Shown here: positions 57,261 through 64,000 of the stretch, one piece after another
Layout of the letters: the number at the start of each line of letters is the position of its first letter
Numbering within the stretch: the first letter of the stretch is position 1
From: a phage
Direction: 5' to 3' (one strand)
DNA: 64,000 bases
NCBI GenBank assembly: GCA_012178725.1
Contig: GCA_012178725.1_3030.1
Made by a program: the position numbers and the translations under genes
Notes under the pieces: generated by a model
What the model was told of the DNA's origin: nothing
The model's input: only the letters and a program-made list of their open reading frames with translations
Databases searched by the model: none

Positions 57261-57583
57261 ACCTTAGCAATTTTCAGGTCAGCAAATTTTTTCTTGCGTT
57301 GATTTTTCATACGACGAATAGTTTTATCGGAAATTTCATGCTTTTGATAAGCTTTAGATTCTACGCCAAAAGCTTTAACATCAAATTCCGACAAGATATA
57401 TTGAACCAGCAATTCACGGACAGTATTACGTCCAATTTTCTGATCATTCTGTTTCATCGTCTGATGAAGCTCTTTTTCCCATTTATCCAAAATTTGAGGA
57501 GTTACAATATCGCCTTTTTCTAGCAAAGAAACTACTTTATCATATGCGTAAGAATTGATGGCGTTTTTAATTTGAATAGTCAT
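57257..57583 (-). CDS. Hypothetical protein (108 aa)
   Basis: ORF. Confidence 0.55.
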   Translation of the reverse strand: MTIQIKNAINSYAYDKVVSLLEKGDIVTPQILDKWEKELHQTMKQNDQKIGRNTVRELLVQYILSEFDVKAFGVESKAYQKHEISDKTIRRMKNQRKKKFADLKIAKV

Positions 57584-57604
57584 ACATTATCCTCAATTGC
57601 GTTA

Positions 57605-57635
57605 AAATTTTATTATCCAAAAAGGGCCGAAGCCC
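57605..57635 (-). terminator. Intrinsic terminator (GGGCUUCGGCCC plus U5)
   Basis: gggccgaagccc followed by TTTTTGGATAAT on the - strand. Confidence 0.6.
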
Positions 57636-57836
57636 TTAGCTAAACTTTTTGGCACCCTTCCAGCCTTCATACATCATTGCGGCTGATATTAATATTGCTC
57701 CTGAGCAACTTGAATATTTGTGATTCCAAAACCAGTTTAGAAAAACTTCGTCATCAATACCTTGTGCTATCATATTTTCAAAGAACTGACGACGAGCTTC
57801 GGCAATTCGCTGCGATAATTTAGATTCAGGATTCAT
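57636..57836 (-). CDS. Hypothetical protein (66 aa)
   Basis: ORF. Confidence 0.5.
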   Translation of the reverse strand: MNPESKLSQRIAEARRQFFENMIAQGIDDEVFLNWFWNHKYSSCSGAILISAAMMYEGWKGAKKFS

Positions 57837-57968
57837 TTAAATTTTCCAATTACCATTTTCATCAATAAATTTAATCCAGTCATTTACTGACCACTTAGTT
57901 GTATCGCCTTTTGGAGTAACATTTAAAGTGTATAACCCCTGCTTAAAAAGCATTCGTTTAATATTCAT
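57837..57968 (-). CDS. Small ORF (43 aa)
   Basis: ORF-track frame trimmed to MNIKRMLFKQ, which has a GAGGAAAA ribosome-binding site. Confidence 0.35.
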   Translation of the reverse strand: MNIKRMLFKQGLYTLNVTPKGDTTKWSVNDWIKFIDENGNWKI

Positions 57969-57975
57969 ATTTTCC

Positions 57976-58269
57976 TCAGCTGTAACGATAACATTCGTTT
58001 GATTTGCGCTTAGCAACTCGTTGAGATGTATTATAATCAAAATCATCGTCAATGTAAACTGATTTTTTCAACTTTCTTACTTCACCACGCAGTTGACGAT
58101 TCAATTCATTCTTAACCTCTGAATCAACACCTCGCATACGTCGCCATTTATCTGAACGAAAAATGTTTTCAACCATATCTTTATGACTTACCCCATCAGG
58201 AGCTTTACGCTTTCCGAAATAGTCATAATCACGAACTTTCAAGTCTTTACGACGATACGTTTTACCCAT
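57976..58269 (-). CDS. Highly basic protein (97 aa)
   Basis: ORF-track frame trimmed to MGKTYRRKDLKVRDYDYFGKRK; Lys/Arg-rich. Confidence 0.5.
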   Translation of the reverse strand: MGKTYRRKDLKVRDYDYFGKRKAPDGVSHKDMVENIFRSDKWRRMRGVDSEVKNELNRQLRGEVRKLKKSVYIDDDFDYNTSQRVAKRKSNECYRYS

Positions 58270-58444
58270 GGAGTTTAATTTCCTTAGCAACTGAACTAAA
58301 TACAGCACGATCACAAATCATGTGTTTATGTAACTTAAGTATAAGATAATAAACATCATAACCATTTACGTAAGTAACACGAACAACATTACCATTAATA
58401 AAATAATATTGTCCCTTTTTAATTTCTTTATCAACCACAACCAT
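58262..58444 (-). CDS. Hypothetical protein (60 aa)
   Basis: ORF just downstream of an early promoter. Confidence 0.4.
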   Translation of the reverse strand: MVVVDKEIKKGQYYFINGNVVRVTYVNGYDVYYLILKLHKHMICDRAVFSSVAKEIKLHG

Positions 58445-58474
58445 ATCAAATCCTCAAAGGCAATTCATATGTTA

Positions 58475-58504
58475 ATAATACCACGGTTTGAACTTGTTGT
58501 AAAC
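58475..58504 (-). promoter_or_regulatory. Early promoter (GTTTAC-N18-TATTAT)
   Basis: Reverse strand reads GTTTACaacaagttcaaaccgtggTATTAT. Confidence 0.6.
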
Positions 58505-58564
58505 AACTTTGTGAAAAATATTTTAGGGAATGATAAGAAGGGAACGATAGCTTAGAATGGTAAT

Positions 58565-58597
58565 ATACAGAATGTAAGAAAGAAAGGCCCAGAGGGC
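58565..58597 (-). terminator. Intrinsic terminator after the nrdH-like gene
   Basis: GC stem ggccc/gggcc then TTTCTTTCTTAC on the - strand. Confidence 0.55.
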
Positions 58598-58602
58598 CCA
58601 TC

Positions 58603-58926
58603 TTAGTCTTCTATGATATCTCTATCATATCCAAGTGAAATGAGAGTTTCTTTGAAGTGTTTAATGTTCTTTTGTCTGGAATCATTAATGAAAATGACTG
58701 GATAACGAATGTTAAGAGATGTGAATCCAGCGCGTTTAGCAAGAGATACAATCAGTTGACGATCATACTCAATCTTACCATTATTAGTAAGAACTTTATA
58801 AAAAGTAAAAGGAACATTGAGCTCCTTTAGAAGTTTTGTAACTGATTGACATCCAGGACAACGACCTACTTCATCTGGAATTCCATAGACTTCAATCTTA
58901 TTCTTTAAGTTCGAGTTTTGTTCCAC
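58603..58926 (-). CDS. NrdH/glutaredoxin-like redoxin, putative GTG start
   Basis: ORF-track frame with VYGIPDEVGRCPGCQS redox motif; ATG-initiated version has an implausible hydrophobic N-extension. Confidence 0.5.
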   Translation of the reverse strand: MEQNSNLKNKIEVYGIPDEVGRCPGCQSVTKLLKELNVPFTFYKVLTNNGKIEYDRQLIVSLAKRAGFTSLNIRYPVIFINDSRQKNIKHFKETLISLGYDRDIIED

Positions 58927-59209
58927 GAGAAATAATTCCTTGGTAAGCCCAATAAGGAGGATTAACAGAATCCTCACCAGAGTTTTCTTCAGGAAAATAA
59001 ACCTGGATAACGAAGCCGGATTCATCAAAGGTAAAATAAACCGTAGGCAGTTCACCTAACAAATCGGCACGAGCGTTGATTTCTTCGAGGTCTTGTTCAC
59101 GTCCAGCCCAGAAGCTTGGGTTCAGACTACATTCATAGAAATAATAGTCATTACCGAACATATCAAAACCATTCCAACTCTCTACTACATACCGCTCAAA
59201 ACTAATCAT
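58898..59209 (-). CDS. Hypothetical protein (103 aa)
   Basis: ORF. Confidence 0.5.
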   Translation of the reverse strand: MISFERYVVESWNGFDMFGNDYYFYECSLNPSFWAGREQDLEEINARADLLGELPTVYFTFDESGFVIQVYFPEENSGEDSVNPPYWAYQGIISRGTKLELKE

Positions 59210-59211
59210 AA

Positions 59212-59427
59212 TTAATCCTTTTTATCAAGAACCGCATTCAGCTTGTTAGTAATTTTATCCAGACGCTCATTGAACTCACTAGAAGATAAGCCCTTTTCTG
59301 GAGAAATTAAACTAATCACGAAAAATATAGCAATAAAAGGAATAAGGAAAATAGCTCCAACTGCCATAAACAGAAAGAATGTTACAGTTGTAAGAAAATC
59401 AGCTAAACCTTTACGAAATTTATACAT
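59212..59427 (-). CDS. Small membrane protein (71 aa)
   Basis: One strongly hydrophobic helix. Confidence 0.5.
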   Translation of the reverse strand: MYKFRKGLADFLTTVTFFLFMAVGAIFLIPFIAIFFVISLISPEKGLSSSEFNERLDKITNKLNAVLDKKD

Positions 59428-59542
59428 ATTTTACCCTTAATTGATTAACCAAGCATTGATAAGCACTAAACTATATTGCGAATAAAATTCTGGACCAAAA
59501 TGAAAAATCATATCATTTATAGTGTCCATAATATAATTCAAT

Positions 59543-60013
59543 TTAATCATGTTTCCACACCCCATCGGTATTTGACCAAAGTCGCTGATTATCTGATCCT
59601 CGCCACAGCTTTTTAGTCGGAAGATTTTTCTCATACTTCCCATCAATAATAACATCAACATATTTAAGCATTTCTAGTTGTTTAATATCTTCAAACTTAT
59701 ATCCTGTCCACAACCAAATGCTTTTATTGGGATAAAGATTTTTTACTGTTTGAACCACAGAGTGAATCACGTCTCTGTTATCAGGATAAAGAGGGTCACC
59801 TCCGGTTATAGTTAATCCTTCTATATAATCATTATTCAAACATTCAATCAATTGTTCTAGTGTTTCACCAGTAAATGGAATACCATTTCTAGCATTCCAT
59901 GTTGATTTATTATAACACCCTTCGCATTTATGCAAACAACCTGTAACGAAAAGAACGACCCTGCATCCAGGGCCATTCACAAAATCACAGGGATAAAATC
60001 TATCGTAATTCAT
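59543..60013 (-). CDS. nrdG: Anaerobic ribonucleotide reductase activase NrdG
   Basis: 156-aa ORF with radical-SAM cluster motif CLHKCEGC; length as T4 NrdG. Confidence 0.93.
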   Translation of the reverse strand: MNYDRFYPCDFVNGPGCRVVLFVTGCLHKCEGCYNKSTWNARNGIPFTGETLEQLIECLNNDYIEGLTITGGDPLYPDNRDVIHSVVQTVKNLYPNKSIWLWTGYKFEDIKQLEMLKYVDVIIDGKYEKNLPTKKLWRGSDNQRLWSNTDGVWKHD

Positions 60014-61827
60014 TGGTGTTTAACCCTATGCATGATTTCTTTATTTTTACCGAGATTAAATCCGCGTTCGTTCGGATTTCCCAAATAACCACATGTTCTT
60101 CTTATTGTGTTCATCTTTTTAGGATCAGTTTCTCCACAAATAGAACAAACAAATCCGTTTTCAGTAGGAGTCATTTCATGGGTACTTCCACATGTAAAAC
60201 ATTTATCTACTGGCATATTAACACCAAAATAATCTAAATGTTGTGCAGCATAATCCCATACGGCCTCAAGACCCTTTAAGTTATTTTTCATATCAGGAAG
60301 TTCAACATAAGAAATGTGACCACCTGTCGCAATGAAATGATATGGCGCTTCACGAGAAATCTTTTCAAACGGAGTAATATTTTCTTCTACTGAAACGTGG
60401 AAACTGTTAGTGTACCAGCCTTTATCGGTAACATCTTTTACACTTCCATATTTTTCTGTATCAAGTTTACAGAAGCGATAACAAAGGTTTTCAGCAGGAG
60501 TAGAATACAAACTAAAAGCAAACCCAGTTCTTTCAGTCCACTGTTTAAGACGAGCATTCATTTTAGTTAAAATTTCTCGTCCAATATCACGACCTACAAG
60601 AATATTCAATTCGTGAATACCAATGTATCCTAGAGACACTGAACTTCTGCCATTTTTAAATAACTCAATTATATCGTCATCAGGTTTAAGACGAACCCCG
60701 AATGCACCTTCTTGGTAAAGAATAGGAGCAACAGTTGCTTTAACTCCTTTTAAGGAACTAATTCTACACATCAAAGCTTCAAAACACAAATCCATTCGCT
60801 CATTGAACAATTCGATAAATTTCTGTTCATTGAACTGTGTTCCAATATAAGAATCTAATGCGATACGAGGAAGATTCAGTGTTACAACACCAAGATTATT
60901 ACGTCCATCAAGAATTTCATTACCAGTCGAATCTTTCCATACGCTCAAGAAACTACGGCAACCCATCGGAGAAACAGGAACAGATGAACCAGTGATAGCT
61001 TTATTGTTCTTAGCTGAAATAATATCAGGATACATCCTTTTGCTTGCGCACTCTAGAGCAAGCTGTTTAATATCATAGTTTGGATCGTCTTTATAAAGAT
61101 TAACACCTTCTTCAACAAACATAACAAGCTTAGGGAAAATAGGAGTTATCCCATCACGACCAAGACCTTTAATACGATTTTTCAGAATTGCTTTCTGAAT
61201 CATTCGTTCAGTCCAGTCAGTTCCCGTACCAAATGTAATTGTTACAAAAGGTGTTTGCCCGTTTGAACTAAAGAGAGTATTTACTTCATATTCATAAGCT
61301 TGGAATGCATCGTATACGTCTTTTTCTGTTTTAGATTGAGCATAATTCAGTGCATCGGCGATTTGCCATTTTTCTGCATCCTCAATATGTTTTGCATAGG
61401 TGCGTTTAACATAAGGAGAAAGTACTTTATCTACATTAGCAAAAGTCGTTCCGCCATATTGATGGGAAGCAACCTGTGCAGTAATTTGTGCCATAATTGC
61501 AGTAGCAACGCCAATTGATTTAGGAGTTTCAATCTGTGCATTACCAAGCTTAAATCCGTTCTCAAGCATTCCTTTTAAATCTACTAAACAGCAATTAGTA
61601 AATGGAAGAGCAGGGGAATAATCAATATCATGGAAATGAATAATTCCGCTTTCATGCGCTTTCATAATAAAAGACGGGACCATATTTTTGGCAATGTGTT
61701 TAGACACAATACCAGCCATAAGGTCCCGTTGAGTTGGAAAAACACGAGAATCTTTATTAGCATTCTCGTTTAAAAGGTCTTTATTAGTTTTATGAATCAA
61801 TCCTTCAATTTCTTTTTCAATTGTCAT
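60010..61827 (-). CDS. nrdD: Anaerobic ribonucleotide reductase NrdD, uninterrupted
   Basis: 605-aa continuous ORF with C-terminal glycyl-radical motif RRTCGYLG and CxxC zinc site. Confidence 0.95.
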   Translation of the reverse strand: MTIEKEIEGLIHKTNKDLLNENANKDSRVFPTQRDLMAGIVSKHIAKNMVPSFIMKAHESGIIHFHDIDYSPALPFTNCCLVDLKGMLENGFKLGNAQIETPKSIGVATAIMAQITAQVASHQYGGTTFANVDKVLSPYVKRTYAKHIEDAEKWQIADALNYAQSKTEKDVYDAFQAYEYEVNTLFSSNGQTPFVTITFGTGTDWTERMIQKAILKNRIKGLGRDGITPIFPKLVMFVEEGVNLYKDDPNYDIKQLALECASKRMYPDIISAKNNKAITGSSVPVSPMGCRSFLSVWKDSTGNEILDGRNNLGVVTLNLPRIALDSYIGTQFNEQKFIELFNERMDLCFEALMCRISSLKGVKATVAPILYQEGAFGVRLKPDDDIIELFKNGRSSVSLGYIGIHELNILVGRDIGREILTKMNARLKQWTERTGFAFSLYSTPAENLCYRFCKLDTEKYGSVKDVTDKGWYTNSFHVSVEENITPFEKISREAPYHFIATGGHISYVELPDMKNNLKGLEAVWDYAAQHLDYFGVNMPVDKCFTCGSTHEMTPTENGFVCSICGETDPKKMNTIRRTCGYLGNPNERGFNLGKNKEIMHRVKHQ

Positions 61828-62297
61828 TTTAAACTCTTTCTAAGCTGCTTCTTAAATGAAGCTATTAACTGTGTTTTGGTGTCAGATTCATTATATTCAA
61901 ATCCTCTTTGAAGCATCTCGGCCATCATTTCCTCTTTTCCTAAACGAGAAAATTCCTTTGATTTATCTCCAACAAAGTTAGGGTGAATATTATTTTGGGT
62001 GTAATCGGATTTTAAATAAGTAAGTAAATTTTCTAACCATTCAAGATAATCAACACCTTGTCCCTTTAAGCCAGAACGATTAAATTTGTGCTTCATTTGA
62101 CCTTCTGCGGCATTGCAGAGATTACAAAGCAATCCACGTACCTTTCCTGCTTTTGGTCCATTTAATTCATGGTCATGATCGAGGTGATTAGCTTGAACAT
62201 CAGGATTTAGTTCTCGTTGGCAAATTAAGCATTTACCGTTTTGTGCATCATAAAATTTCTGTTTTTCTTCTTTATATAATTTGCCAGTCAATAACAT
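61824..62297 (-). CDS. 49: Endonuclease VII gp49
   Basis: 157-aa ORF with zinc-binding cysteines; length as T4 gp49. Confidence 0.93.
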   Translation of the reverse strand: MLLTGKLYKEEKQKFYDAQNGKCLICQRELNPDVQANHLDHDHELNGPKAGKVRGLLCNLCNAAEGQMKHKFNRSGLKGQGVDYLEWLENLLTYLKSDYTQNNIHPNFVGDKSKEFSRLGKEEMMAEMLQRGFEYNESDTKTQLIASFKKQLRKSLK

Positions 62298-62337
62298 AAT
62301 AAACCCTTACCTTAAATAGATAAGGGTATTTATTATT

Positions 62338-62514
62338 TCAAGTATTGTAAAACATTCGATGCAATCGCTTATATTGTCGAATCATCTTTTTAGTAGGACG
62401 AGAATAAGTTCCTATACAAGTGGTCATATTAGGGTCAGTAGGACTTCCTTTAATAAAAAGTTTCCAAACCTTACCACCATTTAACTTTTCAGTATAAATT
62501 AATTCGGTTTTCAT
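62338..62514 (-). CDS. Small basic ORF (58 aa)
   Basis: Hand-called MKTELIYTEKLNGGKVWKLFIKGSPTDPNM...; TAATG overlap with upstream stop. Confidence 0.35.
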   Translation of the reverse strand: MKTELIYTEKLNGGKVWKLFIKGSPTDPNMTTCIGTYSRPTKKMIRQYKRLHRMFYNT

Positions 62515-62978
62515 TAAAATGCTCGGTCAGAAAAAGAAATTTGAGTTTCAAGCCATTCAATATATTCTGCCGCGGCTTGCATTAAATTTCCTTCATAATC
62601 ATCAATATCTTTTTTCAACGCCGATTTAGATAATGCGTATGAAATGCGTTCACCCTGAAATCCAGCTTTAGGTTTATGAAGAACTTGATCAATTCGTTCT
62701 ACAACTTCTTCAATTTCGCCATTTTCTGCGGATTCAGTATTCCACAAGCACCAATACGTAATTGGCTTATCATAGATGTTAATAATCTTTCCATCAGAAA
62801 GTTCAATTTCAATAATTCCAGTATCAGGTTCTATGTCATCTTCACATTCTTTTGCAAGTTCACGAACTTTAAAGACAGTACCTGCACTAAGTTCCGGCCA
62901 GTAATTACACAACCCTTTATCAACACGATTAATTCTAAACCACTTATCTACTGCAATCATGTCCCATCTCCATATCAA
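62514..62978 (-). CDS. Hypothetical protein (154 aa), pin-region
   Basis: ORF between 49 and nrdC. Confidence 0.55.
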   Translation of the reverse strand: MIWRWDMIAVDKWFRINRVDKGLCNYWPELSAGTVFKVRELAKECEDDIEPDTGIIEIELSDGKIINIYDKPITYWCLWNTESAENGEIEEVVERIDQVLHKPKAGFQGERISYALSKSALKKDIDDYEGNLMQAAAEYIEWLETQISFSDRAF

Positions 62979-63083
62979 TTAAGTCATTTATTGTTGGTTC
63001 ATTATATACTGTTTCTTCATCAGTGTAAACCGGTTCTTCCGGCTCTGGCTCTACAGTTTCCCATCTAGCCGCCCACCAAGGTT

Positions 63084-63404
63084 TTATAGCGTAATCCATT
63101 CTCGTACTATCTGAGTTACTACACGTTCACGGGGCTCGACTAGTTCAACAGTCGGAACTGCATAATACCAGTCAGAATGATAAGAACCTGACCGAGATTC
63201 ATTTACCGCTACATGTACATTATGTTTTGGACTAAAGTAAACACACTGACGATATTGGCATTTACCATCTTGCACCCAGTCTTCTATTTCGATAGGTTTA
63301 AGATAGTCGGAAAAATCGAAATCATAGTTTTCCGAAAATGCATCATGGTCTTCGATGATTTCGCTCAGAACTGCATCAACATCTAATTTATTTTCAATAG
63401 TCAT
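63084..63404 (-). CDS. Hypothetical protein (106 aa)
   Basis: ORF. Confidence 0.5.
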   Translation of the reverse strand: MTIENKLDVDAVLSEIIEDHDAFSENYDFDFSDYLKPIEIEDWVQDGKCQYRQCVYFSPKHNVHVAVNESRSGSYHSDWYYAVPTVELVEPRERVVTQIVREWITL

Positions 63405-63414
63405 TTTTCACCAA

Positions 63415-63624
63415 TTAATTTCGCAATTTATTAAGTTCTTCATAATCAATCCAGGATTCTAATCCTGATGGCAAATCAGATTCAATTTCCCAAAGAAGTT
63501 CTTCAATTTTATGAAGACGATCTAGTTCTTCAGCAGGAATAGTAACCATTGACGGAGCTCTTGCTACATTAATATCGTAAATCATATTTACCCCAGTTTG
63601 ACCATACAATCGCCGTATTTCCAC
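63415..63624 (-). CDS. Hypothetical protein (69 aa)
   Basis: ORF. Confidence 0.5.
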   Translation of the reverse strand: MEIRRLYGQTGVNMIYDINVARAPSMVTIPAEELDRLHKIEELLWEIESDLPSGLESWIDYEELNKLRN

Positions 63625-63803
63625 TTAGAAATAGACTTTTCACCGTTAGAATAATAAACTTCGAGTTTAGCACGATTATTTTTAATTTGAATAACCTTGG
63701 CTGTCATCAAAGTTCCATACCCATAATAAACTGCAACTTCATCACCTACATATACAGCGCTTCCGCGGTAATCGTGAATATAGTCAGTTCCTTCGAGCAT
63801 CAT
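63588..63803 (-). CDS. Hypothetical protein (71 aa)
   Basis: ORF. Confidence 0.5.
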   Translation of the reverse strand: MMLEGTDYIHDYRGSAVYVGDEVAVYYGYGTLMTAKVIQIKNNRAKLEVYYSNGEKSISKWKYGDCMVKLG

Positions 63804-64000
63804 TTAAAATATTCTCGCAGTTGGTCAAATCCACCAATATGACTTCCATCAGGAGCAAATACCTGAGGCATTGTCAAGCCGATTTGAGTATCACGACCTA
63901 GTTTAGTCAGAAGCTCAGCGATTTTCTCATCATCAAAAACACCTTTTTCCGGCATAATGTTGATAAATTCAAACGGCTGTTTCTTCACGGTCAAAAGACG
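63800..64000 (-). CDS. nrdC: Glutaredoxin/thioredoxin NrdC, 5'-truncated by window end
   Basis: C-terminal 64 aa TVKKQPFEFINIMPEKGVFDDEKIAELL...DQLREYFK match the T4 NrdC C-terminus; start lies beyond position 64000. Confidence 0.85.
   Translation of the reverse strand, partial: RLLTVKKQPFEFINIMPEKGVFDDEKIAELLTKLGRDTQIGLTMPQVFAPDGSHIGGFDQLREYFK

Noticed and set aside
62676-63068. 130-aa + strand ORF
   Set aside because: Antisense to the minus-strand 154-aa gene; the region is uniformly minus-strand coding
1-64000. tRNA, rRNA, integrase/prophage boundary and CRISPR scan
   Set aside because: No cloverleaf-like GC-rich 70-90 nt blocks, no rRNA-like regions, no integrase or att-like repeats; the region is a lytic T-even backbone (the T4 tRNA cluster maps beyond nrdC)

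Overview
This window is a contiguous piece of a T-even (T4-like, Tevenvirinae) coliphage genome, gene-for-gene colinear with T4. It starts with the late long-tail-fiber module on the + strand (genes 34, 35, 36, 37, 38, holin t), then runs about 54 kb through the early/middle region on the - strand: asiA, arn, motA, 52, ac/stp/ndd, denB, rIIB, rIIA, 39, motB, dexA, dda, srd, modA, modB, soc, 56, 61, sp, dmd, 41, 40, uvsX, a glycosyltransferase, 42, imm, 43, regA, 62, 44, 45, rpbA, 46, 47, alpha-gt, 55, nrdG, nrdD, 49 and the 3' part of nrdC. Identifications rest on reading the supplied ORF translations against T4 proteins and gene order as I recall them; no database search was run. The phage is not T4 itself but closer to the T2/T6 type: gene 39 is uninterrupted, gp38 is a glycine-rich adhesin, gp37 carries a C-terminal autoproteolytic chaperone domain, nrdD has no intron, and a non-T4 glycosyltransferase sits at the beta-gt locus. 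Regulatory signals are abundant: GTTTAC-N18-TAnnAT early promoters, MotA-box middle promoters, TATAAATA late promoters and many CUUCGG-tetraloop hairpins. I did not find a clearly novel multi-gene system. The most unusual loci are an HNH endonuclease gene between 46 and 47 whose 5' end duplicates its neighbour, a divergent small membrane ORF in the 56-61 gap where T4 carries dam, a tandem paralog pair in the 61.x region sharing an identical tail cassette, and duplicated promoter-leader cassettes. No tRNA, rRNA or CRISPR array was seen. Coordinates of hand-called small ORFs and regulatory elements are approximate (+/- 1-2 nt).
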